DNA of 64,000 bases from Thermodesulfobacteriota bacterium (GTDB taxonomy: Bacteria; Desulfobacterota; Desulfobulbia; Desulfobulbales; SURF-16), in assembly GCA_040755455.1 (NCBI GenBank), contig JBFMAY010000002.1:128001-192000 (forward strand). Reading direction: 5' to 3'. Position numbers and translations under genes: made by a program. The notes beneath the pieces were generated by a model that saw only the letters and a list, made by a program, of their open reading frames with translations, was not told the DNA's origin and ran no database searches. This document shows, in pieces, positions 1 through 9,307 of this stretch. Numbering within the stretch: position 1 is the stretch's first letter; the number at the start of each line of letters is the position of its first letter.

Positions 1-159
1 AGGCTCCACTCCCTCATCCTGCACCATCCTTACGATCTTCTCCGCTTCGCCGCCGGGATCGATCAGCAACGCCTTTTTTGTCCGCCCGCAGGCCAGCAGA
101 TAGGTGTTGACCTTGTATGGGCCGACGACTGCCTGGCGGATGATCACCTCTGACTGCAT
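1..159 (-). CDS. MBL-fold metallo-hydrolase (glyoxalase II/YcbL-like), N-terminal part, runs off window start
   Basis: Not in ORF track. Own translation: MQSEVIIRQAVVGPYKVNTYLLACGRTKKALLIDPGGEAEKIV; NTYLL...ALLIDPGG is typical of this family; AGGAG RBS upstream of ATG 159. Confidence 0.8.
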   Translation of the reverse strand, partial: MQSEVIIRQAVVGPYKVNTYLLACGRTKKALLIDPGGEAEKIVRMVQDEGVEP

Positions 160-270
160 AACTTACTCCTTTTTTCGGGAAAGGACCCGGCGCGGGAATC
201 CGGGGCAAAAACCTTGGATGCCGGGTCGCGCTCCCCTTGCCCGGCATGACGTCATGTTTGCATGTTCGCG

Positions 271-2445
271 TTACGAGAGCGGGGATTCTCCATCCAGCGC
301 CTTTCTGATAAGCCTGGCCAGTTCTTTTTTATCAAAGGGTTTCATGATAAGCAGCCGGATCCCCATCTCCTGGGCTTTCCCCTCATCAATCACCGAGCTG
401 TAGCCGGTGCAGAGGATTACGGGCATATCCGGCCTGATCCCCAGAATCTTGCCGGCCAGGACGGTACCCGGCATGGCGGGCATGGTCTGATCGGTCAGCA
501 GCAGATCAAAACTGTACGGACTGTCGCGAAATATCTCCCAGGCTTTACTACTGTCGGTCACGGCCGTCACCTGATAGCCGAGGCCCTCCAGCACGACTTT
601 CTCATATCTGACAAGCGCCACTTCGTCATCAACGGCAAGTATCCTCTCATGGCCGGCGGGGATGTCATCCGCTGTCGCGGCCGCGGTTGTGTCCACCTCC
701 TCAGCCGCCACCGGGAAGTAAACATGGAAGGCCGTCCCCTTGCCGATCTCGCTGTCAACCTTGATCATGCCGCCGCAGTCATGGACAATCCCATGGACAA
801 CGGCCAGGCCAAGCCCTGTGCCCTTGCCGAACTCCTTGGTGGTGAAATACGGCTCGAAAATCCTGGCCATGGTTGTTTCATCAATGCCCTGGCCGGTATC
901 GCTGACCGTGAGTTCGACAAAGGGCCCGGGGGAAACGTTGAGCTCGCCCTCCACATCCGTTCCGCTCAACTCTTTTTCCCGCAGGGACACCCGCAATATC
1001 CCCTGCTCCTGGTCCATGGCCTGCTGGGCGTTGGTGCACAGGTTGATCATCACCTGCTGCAGTTGGGAAGGATCGGCAAGGATATTGCCGCAATCCCTGT
1101 CAATATCCTGCTGGATCTCAATGGTCGCCGGGATCGAAGCGCGCAGCAGCTTGAGGGATTCATTGACGATGAGGTGCGGCGCCAGCGAGACAATTCTATA
1201 GTCGCCTTTCCGGCTGAAAGTAAGAATATGCTTCACCAGGTCCCGGGCCCGCAGCGCTCCCTTGATGACCTGTTCGATATCCTCCGGGGAGGCGCCGCCC
1301 TGTTTAAGGCCCTCCCGCACCAGCTCGGCGAAACCAAGGATGGCGGTCAGTATATTATTGAAATCATGAGCAATACCTCCGGCCAGGGTGCCGATGGCCT
1401 CCATCTTCTGGGCCTGCCGCAACCGTGATTCCAGCCTGGCCCGTTCTTCGAGGTCTTGGCGGGCATTGGTCAGGTCATGCAGGCTCATCAGCATGCTCAA
1501 GGGCTGTCCATCCTTATCGCGGATCACCTTCAGCGTGATCTCAAGCGGCAGGCCGGATGGATTATCAGGATGGTCAGCCTCCATGGTGATCACGGTGTCA
1601 CGCATCTCCTGCTGGGCAAGGCAGACCTGACAGGGCGCGCTCTCACCCCCGGCATGCATGATTTCGGTGATATGCCGGCCGATGGCCTTCTCCGGGGTGC
1701 TGCGGGCCAGGCGGTAAAAGCTCTTGTTGGCGCATTTCAGACGGCGGCTGGGGTCAACCAGGTAGATGGCGTCATCCATGGCATCCATGGCGGCCGCCCA
1801 TTCCATGGCGGATTGTTCCATGGCCAGTTCAGCCTGCCTGCGCTCGGAGATGTTGCGGGCGATACCGAGAATGACCGGACGGCCGTCAACCACCAGCTTG
1901 CCGATATGAATCTCCACCGGGAACAGGGAGCCGTCCTTGCGCCGGTGCATGCTTTCTATCATAACGGTGTGTTCGAAGGACAGTTTGTCCCACAGATTCC
2001 TGGTGTCGTCTGCAACGGAAAATGCGGGATCAATATCCGCCACGGTCATCCGCAGCAGTTCCTCGCGGGAATAGCCCAGGGACATGCAGGCCTCCTTGTT
2101 GACATCAATGAAATGGCTGTCCACATCACAGACAAATATGGCGTCTGTGGCCCGGTTGAGCAGGGTGCGGAATTTTTTTTCACTCAGAAGCAGCGTCTCG
2201 GCGATGCGCGCCTGCTCCTGCATGGAGCGGTCAATGAGCCAGTAGAGAAGCACACCGGTGATGGCAATGAAAGTCCAGCCTTTATAGATGGCGATGCGGG
2301 CGAGAAGCTCATGGTCGGCGACCAGGGCAAACAGCAGTTTGTCGGAAAAGAGGATCCACATGGTTCCGAAAAAAGCATAGATCAATGCGATCCTGAGCGG
2401 AACAGATATTTTTGTTTTTTCTCTTTTGATTTCTTGATGTTCCAT
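271..2445 (-). CDS. Membrane-anchored PAS-PAS hybrid sensor histidine kinase/response regulator
   Basis: Two N-terminal TM helices, PAS repeats, H-box LAGGIAHDFNN, GTGLGL G-box, receiver domain (VDDE, LTDQTMP, MKP); start set at MEHQ. Confidence 0.92.
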   Translation of the reverse strand: MEHQEIKREKTKISVPLRIALIYAFFGTMWILFSDKLLFALVADHELLARIAIYKGWTFIAITGVLLYWLIDRSMQEQARIAETLLLSEKKFRTLLNRATDAIFVCDVDSHFIDVNKEACMSLGYSREELLRMTVADIDPAFSVADDTRNLWDKLSFEHTVMIESMHRRKDGSLFPVEIHIGKLVVDGRPVILGIARNISERRQAELAMEQSAMEWAAAMDAMDDAIYLVDPSRRLKCANKSFYRLARSTPEKAIGRHITEIMHAGGESAPCQVCLAQQEMRDTVITMEADHPDNPSGLPLEITLKVIRDKDGQPLSMLMSLHDLTNARQDLEERARLESRLRQAQKMEAIGTLAGGIAHDFNNILTAILGFAELVREGLKQGGASPEDIEQVIKGALRARDLVKHILTFSRKGDYRIVSLAPHLIVNESLKLLRASIPATIEIQQDIDRDCGNILADPSQLQQVMINLCTNAQQAMDQEQGILRVSLREKELSGTDVEGELNVSPGPFVELTVSDTGQGIDETTMARIFEPYFTTKEFGKGTGLGLAVVHGIVHDCGGMIKVDSEIGKGTAFHVYFPVAAEEVDTTAAATADDIPAGHERILAVDDEVALVRYEKVVLEGLGYQVTAVTDSSKAWEIFRDSPYSFDLLLTDQTMPAMPGTVLAGKILGIRPDMPVILCTGYSSVIDEGKAQEMGIRLLIMKPFDKKELARLIRKALDGESPLS

Positions 2446-2672
2446 AGTCGACTCACCCCGCCCCACAGGCCGGGATTATCCTGGTATTTCCCCCCGGACT
2501 TCCCAGGCAATACCTCAGTTCCTCAATCGGACGGTTATCAGATTCACCATAGCACAGGAAGAAAAAAAAAGGAAAAGACGAAAAAAATATTTATCAAAAA
2601 ATATGGAACAGGCCGTTGTAAAAAATAACTGTACTATCCCAGGGCTGACCGGCATGAGGGGCCGGCGCTCCC

Positions 2673-5600
2673 TCACTCCTGGACCGCGCAGCGGAGCGAC
2701 AGGTCCTGCAGGGACTTCAGATACTCCTCCGAGCGATCAAGATAAAAGGACAGTGCCCGTGAAAACTTTTTGCCCAGCACTCCGTCGACGAACAGCTGGC
2801 TGATCTGCCGCTGCTGCTCGAGAATGAGCTGGGAGGCCACCAGGATCCGCCGTTCCTCGGCGGACATGTCTTGCATGATGGATGCCAGGGTGCTGGCGGC
2901 CCGGGGCTGATACATCCAGATGTAAAGGAGATCAAGGGCGTTGATGATGACGATCTTGCCCAGATCCGGATTCTTTTCAGCCACGGCCTGCATGAATTCC
3001 TTTGGGGACTCGAGCATCGCCAGCACGTCCGCCTCCGGGAAAAGTGTCTCAAGGCTGGCATAGGTTTCAAACACCTGGGCGATCTTGGCCGAATAATCCA
3101 TGGAGCGGAAGCGGATGTTGTTGAACCGGTCGGCCAGCCCCTCGATGAAACCGGCCACGCAGTCCGAGGCCAGCTTGGAAATCACCGCCGCCCATTTCTG
3201 CAGGATGTCGCTGACCGCGGCCACGCCGGGACCGCCGAGCATCAAGCCGATGAACCCGTTGAACAGGACGGCCAGGGGAATGGAGAGAATGCTGCGGAAG
3301 AAATTGCCGTACACCGCGGCCTTGGGCAGACCCCGGAAGATATTATGGCCCGAGATGTAGATGCCGTTGGCCAGGGCCATGACCGAATAGAGGGCCAGGG
3401 GGTTGCTTCCGGCGGTGATACCGCACATCCGGTCGAGAAACAGGGTCTTGACCAGCAAATCGAGCAACGGCACGGAAAAACCGGTGAACAGCAACGAATA
3501 GGACAGCCTGTCCCAGCTGATATACTCGTTCCATTTCAGCAGGGGCGAGCGAGAGATGCCGCCGGCCCCGAGCACGGACTGGATAATGTTGCGCAGCCCC
3601 GTGATGCCGAACCAGATGAAAGCGCCGAAGTAGGCGAGAAACCACCAGTCCTTGGTCAGGGCGAAGGTGGCGAAGGCCGGGATGAAGCCGATGAGAATCT
3701 TGAGCCCGTTCTTCAGGTAGTTGTTCAGATAAGCCAGGGGAATTTGCCGCTGCTCGTCCACGGTGCCCCGGGCCTCAAGGGACAGGCCGTTATCCTGGCC
3801 GGTCTGCATCCATCCCAGGGTGGCCACGTTGCCGTTGGGCTCCATATGGGTGGAGTAGGCCTGGACCACCCAGTCCTCCCGCCGCTCGTAGCCGAAGTTC
3901 AGCCCGTAAAAGACAGGCGAGAAGCCGCATGACGGGGTGGAAACGAGGTTCTTCTGCTCCCAGGGAACACTCCCGTAATCCATGAGCCCATTGTGGTGCC
4001 CCCGGGGAATGAAAGTCACCTGCAGATGGGCGGTGATCCGCACCGGGATGTTCCAGCGGCTGGGCTGACCCTTGCGGTCGAGATTGCGCCGCGCCCAGCG
4101 CGGCAGGGTGTCCTTCATGACCAGTCCCATGCCGTAGCGGTGCCGGGAGCTGCCGGTGGAGTCGCTGCCGATACGGGACTTGAGCAGGGAATTCATATAA
4201 AATCCTTGCAATACCGGCATGTTATGCAAAATGACGGTGAGTTTTTTCCTGCGCTGTTCCGCATCGCGGACCGGGGGAACGGCCTCAGTCACATCGCGGA
4301 TAATCTTCTGGATGACCCGTTTGAGATTGATGACATTGCCCTGATTGATCGCCAGCTGCAGCTTGTTGATCTCGGCATAATGAACCGCCTTGCCGGTGGT
4401 ATAGTCCTTGAGGTTGAAAATCTCCAGATGGGTGATCTTGCCCCGGCAGTCATAAATAAGCTCCAGAACATCGGCCGGGCTGAGCTCGCTCAGATTCAGG
4501 GTAACCCGGCAGCCGGAGTGGAGACTTTCCAGCCGGGCGAGAAGCTCCTCCGGGGAGAGCAACAGCATGGCCGGCACATCGGGGTCATCGTGCGGGGCAA
4601 AGGGATTGTGGATGCCGGCGTTTTTCTCCGGCTGCAGAAAACTCTCGATGATGGCATCCGGGTCAAGGGTGTTCATGATCTCAACGGCGTGGGTGATGCG
4701 CTGACGTTCTTCCTCGTCCGCCCCGGCCCAGCTTTCCCGGAACCCTGCCACCCGCTCCCGCATGGCCGGCAGCATATGATTGTAAATAAACTTGGCAAGA
4801 TGGAGAAGCGAGGGCTGACCGGAGCCGACAAAGGAGAAAAAATCCTCCCGGTCAAAGGGGGCGAGATTGATGCCGTAGGCCTCGTTGATCACCGGCCGGT
4901 GCCGGGTGTTGAACTCCCTGAACACGGCCAGCACATAGCGCTGCTGGTATTCCGAAACCTTGCGGCCTTCATCCATGAAGGCCCTGGCCGGACCATCATT
5001 GATGAAATTGAGAAAGTCCTGCTTGTCGGCAAAACCGCGGGGAGTCCAGATGAGCTTGACGTAACGGCCGCGGAACCGGGCCGAAAATTCTATGCCGATC
5101 CTGACGGTGATGCCCATGACGTCGGCCGATTCCAGCAGTTCGGTCGCCACCTCCACATTGATGAAGTTGTAGTAAATCACCGTCAGGCGGCGGATGCCCT
5201 TTATCCAGGCGTCCATGATCAGGTGGGTCGGTGACTTGCGGCCCTTGGTGTTGGCGTCGTGCACATGGTCATCGAAGGCGATCTGGTTCCATTCCTCCGG
5301 CATCTCGATCAGATGGTATTTGTCCAACTGGCTGCGGATAAAGCGGGGCTTGCCGAAGGTGGCGGTACGGAAATCCCGGGCAAGCTTGAGCTGGCGCAGA
5401 TAGTCCCCCTGGGAGCGCACCAGCTCCTTCATGATCTCAATCAGGACCCGGGCCGTATTCCTGCGCAGCATGCTCTGGGAGCTGCAGAGCACCTCATCGC
5501 GCAGGCAACGGAGTGCATTCTGCCGGTCGGCGGCCTTGCCCGCCTCGAGGGAGCCCAGCAGATGAATGACCGCATAGGCGATGCGCAGGCCCATGGTGGC

Positions 5601-5759
5601 GGTCATTTCCTTGATGCCATGGGGATGGAGATAGGGGATCAGCAGATTCTTGATATGCTTGTGGGCTTCATCCCGGTTGAGAACGTCATTGACGATATTC
5701 AACAGGACATAGTCGTTCTCATCAAAAAAATACCTGGATACCCTTTTATTGTCGATCAT
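2673..5759 (-). CDS. Large hypothetical protein: degenerate PHP-like domain plus C-terminal multi-pass membrane domain
   Basis: 1028-aa ORF; DDHVHD, GIEFSA, LEIFN and GSDS motifs in PHP order; several hydrophobic helices from about aa 690. Confidence 0.75.
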   Translation of the reverse strand: MIDNKRVSRYFFDENDYVLLNIVNDVLNRDEAHKHIKNLLIPYLHPHGIKEMTATMGLRIAYAVIHLLGSLEAGKAADRQNALRCLRDEVLCSSQSMLRRNTARVLIEIMKELVRSQGDYLRQLKLARDFRTATFGKPRFIRSQLDKYHLIEMPEEWNQIAFDDHVHDANTKGRKSPTHLIMDAWIKGIRRLTVIYYNFINVEVATELLESADVMGITVRIGIEFSARFRGRYVKLIWTPRGFADKQDFLNFINDGPARAFMDEGRKVSEYQQRYVLAVFREFNTRHRPVINEAYGINLAPFDREDFFSFVGSGQPSLLHLAKFIYNHMLPAMRERVAGFRESWAGADEEERQRITHAVEIMNTLDPDAIIESFLQPEKNAGIHNPFAPHDDPDVPAMLLLSPEELLARLESLHSGCRVTLNLSELSPADVLELIYDCRGKITHLEIFNLKDYTTGKAVHYAEINKLQLAINQGNVINLKRVIQKIIRDVTEAVPPVRDAEQRRKKLTVILHNMPVLQGFYMNSLLKSRIGSDSTGSSRHRYGMGLVMKDTLPRWARRNLDRKGQPSRWNIPVRITAHLQVTFIPRGHHNGLMDYGSVPWEQKNLVSTPSCGFSPVFYGLNFGYERREDWVVQAYSTHMEPNGNVATLGWMQTGQDNGLSLEARGTVDEQRQIPLAYLNNYLKNGLKILIGFIPAFATFALTKDWWFLAYFGAFIWFGITGLRNIIQSVLGAGGISRSPLLKWNEYISWDRLSYSLLFTGFSVPLLDLLVKTLFLDRMCGITAGSNPLALYSVMALANGIYISGHNIFRGLPKAAVYGNFFRSILSIPLAVLFNGFIGLMLGGPGVAAVSDILQKWAAVISKLASDCVAGFIEGLADRFNNIRFRSMDYSAKIAQVFETYASLETLFPEADVLAMLESPKEFMQAVAEKNPDLGKIVIINALDLLYIWMYQPRAASTLASIMQDMSAEERRILVASQLILEQQRQISQLFVDGVLGKKFSRALSFYLDRSEEYLKSLQDLSLRCAVQE

Positions 5760-5957
5760 CGCACCATGGTGTGAACAAATGACGAAATTTATCTTTATGT
5801 CAGGCAGTTACGATAACCTTTCAAAAAAACTTGCCCCTTTATATTTGATAGCCCATCCGGCGGGATCGGGCAATATTTAAATGACATCGGCGGGAATGCG
5901 GCAGCAATATTTTGACCGCGGCAAGGCAGGGAGCAAGGCGTGGCAGAGGGCCAACGA

Positions 5958-6941
5958 TCACAGGGCAGCAGCAACCTGCTCGACATCGGCAACCAGTTCA
6001 TCAACCGTATCGTACCAGACCCCCGCCCCCTGGGAGAAATGCATGAAGATATTGTTCATCGCCTCCGGGATATAGGGGAAGAGCTTCCTGAGATTGACCA
6101 CCCGGTTTCGGGAGAGCAGGGACTGATCTTCCGGGGTTATGGTATCCAGCACCTTCTGGCCGAACATGGGATCGTCTAAAATTTCCTTGGGATGATAATT
6201 GCCCCTGGCCACCAGATACATCAGCAGGTTGCCCAGCTCAAAGAGATCCAGGGCAAAGGGCCGCTCCGGCAGGTAGAATTCATAGTCAAAATCAATCCAA
6301 CGGAAGGTGCCTGTTCCGTACTCCACCAGTATATGGTCCCGGCGGATATCACCGTGGCGGAAGCCGGCCTGGTGCAGAAAGCTGATGGCCTTGGCACACT
6401 CGATATATTCCCGCAGGACAGGGGGCAGATATGTGGCGAAATACTCCTCGTGGGAACATTCATAGCGATAGATATGCTTATCCAGCCTGCGGCCGCTGAT
6501 GATATCAAGAATCCGCACCAGATTGCCCGCCTCATCCTCCACCGCCTTGCCTTTCATGAAGCGCGGATGGTTCTCGGTCAGCTCCAGGATTCTCGCCTCT
6601 TTTTCCGGGCTGCGGTAACAGGGGATGGTGAAGCTGCCCACAGACACGGAAAACACCTCATGGAAGACCAGCTTGAGGATGTGCGAGACCCCGCTTTCCA
6701 GGTCAATGGCCTTTGGCACCCACTGCTTGGGCTGGTCATCAACCCCGAACCGTCCCTCAACGGTATGGCCGGTCACCACGAAATAGCGGTTATCAGCGAT
6801 AATGATATCGCCGTAGTCGATGGAGCTGAAGTTTGAGGTGTCCGCATAGACCCTGGGCTGCCGCCGGATGGAGCTGCTGACCGGGTGGGCCTTGTAGAGT
6901 GCGGCGATATGCTCAGGGATATCCTGGAGGGTTTTAGTCAT
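5958..6941 (-). CDS. Atypical Ser/Thr protein kinase-like protein
   Basis: EGRFG loop, ILK, HGDIRRDH catalytic loop, WIDFD, DLFELG. Confidence 0.75.
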   Translation of the reverse strand: MTKTLQDIPEHIAALYKAHPVSSSIRRQPRVYADTSNFSSIDYGDIIIADNRYFVVTGHTVEGRFGVDDQPKQWVPKAIDLESGVSHILKLVFHEVFSVSVGSFTIPCYRSPEKEARILELTENHPRFMKGKAVEDEAGNLVRILDIISGRRLDKHIYRYECSHEEYFATYLPPVLREYIECAKAISFLHQAGFRHGDIRRDHILVEYGTGTFRWIDFDYEFYLPERPFALDLFELGNLLMYLVARGNYHPKEILDDPMFGQKVLDTITPEDQSLLSRNRVVNLRKLFPYIPEAMNNIFMHFSQGAGVWYDTVDELVADVEQVAAAL

Positions 6942-6964
6942 TTACGCGCCTGCAGCCAATACCA

Positions 6965-7420
6965 TCAGGAGACAACCCACACGGTGAAATCATGGCTTTC
7001 CCTGATCACCGCATTGGAAACGCTGCCGAACAGAAACTCCTCCGCCTTGGAAATGCCCCGCTTGCCGAGCACCACCGTGCCGAATCCCCCGTCTTTCTGC
7101 GCCTGCAGGATGGTTTTACTGAAGGTTTTGCCGGTGGCCATCAGACAGGAGGTGGTAATCCTCGGCCCGGCAATGGCGTGAGTTTCCAGCACCTTGCCGG
7201 CCCGGTCGAACACCTGCCGGGCCGCGGTCTCCTTTTCCTGCCGGTATTCCTGCAGGGTATGCTTCTCAGTGAAATAATAAGGCGGGGGTTCGGGGTAAAC
7301 ATGCAGCAGGCAGATCTCCGCCTTGTCAATACCGCCGACCACCTCGCCGACATAGTTCAGGACCCGCTCGGAAAGGCTGCTGTCATCCACCGCCACCAGA
7401 ATTTTATGCCAGTCTGCCAT
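6965..7420 (-). CDS. Universal stress protein
   Basis: KILVAVDDS, VVLGKRG, FGSVSNAVI. Confidence 0.92.
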   Translation of the reverse strand: MADWHKILVAVDDSSLSERVLNYVGEVVGGIDKAEICLLHVYPEPPPYYFTEKHTLQEYRQEKETAARQVFDRAGKVLETHAIAGPRITTSCLMATGKTFSKTILQAQKDGGFGTVVLGKRGISKAEEFLFGSVSNAVIRESHDFTVWVVS

Positions 7421-7455
7421 TGGTTCACCCGTTATTTTCCAGAAAAGAAAGGCCG

Positions 7456-8412
7456 TCAGAATCTCTCTTCCTGCTCTTCAAGCATGCCGTAGCTCTTTTC
7501 CACGCTTTTTATCAGTTCAAACATGGTCAGATGGGTAAAGGCTTCAACGCCGTTTCTTCTGCCATAGCGGTACAGGATGCCGTTCAAGGCATCGACCTCG
7601 GTTTTTCTCCGGTTGATGATGTCCTGCAGCATGGGGGACAGATGGTTGAAGGTCCGCCGGCAGGATGCCATCAGCATCTCATAGAGATCGGTTGCGCCGA
7701 GGACCACGCCGCAGGCCTCGGCGATTTCCTCGCCCTCGTCTATGAGCCTTTTCAGCAGGGAAACAGACTCAACGCACTCAATGAGATGGCCGTTGCGCTC
7801 CCGCACCACGGCTGAGACGGAATTGATGGCGGCGTGGACAATCACCTTGCACCACAGCCGGCTGATGATATCGTGCACCGGCTCGGTTTCAATGGCGCAC
7901 CTGTTCAGCATGTCGCTGATTTGCAGGAGACGCGGGCTCAAGGTGCCGTCGTGTTCGCCGATCTTGGTCTTGCCGGCGCCGTCGTTCACCACCAGGCCGG
8001 GTCCGAAGGCCGTGGCCGCCATGTTGGTGAAACCGGTGATGATATTCCGCCGCTCAACCACCCGTTCCATGACCTCAATATGACCGAGACCGTTGAGCAG
8101 ACAGACCACCGGCGAGGCATCGGTGACCAGGTGGGCAACACCCAGCACCGCCTCATAAAGATGATATGATTTGACGGCCATGAGCAACAGATCGCACTGG
8201 GTGATATCACGGCCGCTCACCGTGGCCCGGGCCGGGTGATAACTGATCTCTTCCGGCGCCGTATCATGGCCGGTGACGCCGATGCCCTTGTCGTTGATGG
8301 CGGCCACCACCTCCCGGTCCAGTTCCACAAAACAGACATCCTCGCCGCCCTGGGCGAGTAATGCCCCGAACAGCCTCCCCAAGGCACCTGCTCCGACTAT
8401 GACGATTTTCAT
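7456..8412 (-). CDS. panE: Ketopantoate reductase family protein
   Basis: GAGALG Rossmann motif, AVKSY, NGLG, WCK, MLQD...TEVDALNG. Confidence 0.85.
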   Translation of the reverse strand: MKIVIVGAGALGRLFGALLAQGGEDVCFVELDREVVAAINDKGIGVTGHDTAPEEISYHPARATVSGRDITQCDLLLMAVKSYHLYEAVLGVAHLVTDASPVVCLLNGLGHIEVMERVVERRNIITGFTNMAATAFGPGLVVNDGAGKTKIGEHDGTLSPRLLQISDMLNRCAIETEPVHDIISRLWCKVIVHAAINSVSAVVRERNGHLIECVESVSLLKRLIDEGEEIAEACGVVLGATDLYEMLMASCRRTFNHLSPMLQDIINRRKTEVDALNGILYRYGRRNGVEAFTHLTMFELIKSVEKSYGMLEEQEERF

Positions 8413-8776
8413 TGCAATACCCGGTCAATCAAAGTTACGGTTCTCTCATCCTGCGCCACGATATTTTATCTTAATTATTTCAACATACCGGCCCATTACC
8501 TGTCAAACGAAAATCACCGAAAAACCCCGGACGCGGCAATTCACCGCAGCAGAAAAAACAATTCGGGAGACTGTAGTCTGCGGACGAAGTATGCTGCGGC
8601 ACCGGCTCCCCCATTCTGCTAAAGATGGACACAAGTAACACGAAGGGTTAAAAATACATCATATTCCATCAAGCATAATCCATCCGATGGATTTAACTCT
8701 CTTAACACCTTTCGTCAATTTTTCTTAATTGCAAGGGCACAGCACATGGGCCGCAGAGGCTTCCCTCACCTTTCCC

Positions 8777-8805
8777 TTGACTTCCTGTTTTTTTGCCATT
8801 ATTTA
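8777..8805 (+). promoter_or_regulatory. Candidate sigma70 promoter of the riboswitch/btu operon
   Basis: TTGACT-N17-TATTTA immediately upstream of the riboswitch. Confidence 0.4.
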
Positions 8806-8811
8806 TAGAAT

Positions 8812-9005
8812 AATTTTCAGGCGCTCTTAAACGAGCTTAATAGGGAACCCTGTGAGAATCAGGGACGGGCCCGCCGCTGTAACCGGGGACGAAAACCGCA
8901 GTATGTCACTGGCTCCAGGTATCCGCCGAGAGATTTTTCTCTGCGGAACCGGGCTGGGAAGACGCGGACATTAGAGCAATCCGGAAGTCAGAAAACCTGC
9001 CTGCA
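8812..9005 (+). ncRNA. Cobalamin (B12) riboswitch
   Basis: Hallmarks in order: TAATAGGGAA, GTGAGAATC, CCCGCCGCTGT, TCACTG, GGGAAG, B12 box AGTCAGAAAACCTGCC; lies upstream of btuB. Confidence 0.95.
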
Positions 9006-9067
9006 AACAATATTGGTCTGCTTCCGTGGACAAGGAGCAGCGATGTGTATCTGAGGACAAAACAGGG

Positions 9068-9107
9068 AATCCCCGGATCAATTTTATTGGTCCGGGGATT
9101 TTTTTTG
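9068..9107 (+). terminator. Intrinsic terminator (riboswitch expression platform)
   Basis: AATCCCCGGATCAAT...ATTGGTCCGGGGATT stem followed by a T run. Confidence 0.85.
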
Positions 9108-9164
9108 TCATACGGCAAAGCATCCCCCGGGCTGGCAAAACCCAAACCAGGCAAGGAGGATACA

Positions 9165-9302
9165 ATGGCCACCAGTGAGCAATCTTTCTGTAAAATCACG
9201 CTTTTTCTCATCAAGGACTGGGATTCTTTCCAGCTCGCCATGCGCGGCTGTCTGCACGGCGGCAACGCACGCATCACCCATAACAGAGCAGAGGAGGGGT
9301 GA
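9165..9302 (+). CDS. Putative 45-aa small protein, first gene of the btu operon
   Basis: Strong AAGGAGGA RBS 4 nt before ATG; stop adjacent to btuB RBS/start. Confidence 0.55.
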   Translation: MATSEQSFCKITLFLIKDWDSFQLAMRGCLHGGNARITHNRAEEG

Positions 9303-9307
9303 TTGCC

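Noticed and set aside
262..1428. Long antisense ORFs (also 1456-2628, 3993-5234, 29723-31456, 60192-61922 and similar)
   Set aside because: They lie opposite motif-bearing genes, have no motifs of their own, and are expected shadows in GC-rich DNA.
8413..8776. ncRNA in the panE-riboswitch intergenic region
   Set aside because: Only short palindromes (e.g. AATCCATC-C-GATGGATT); no recognisable family.
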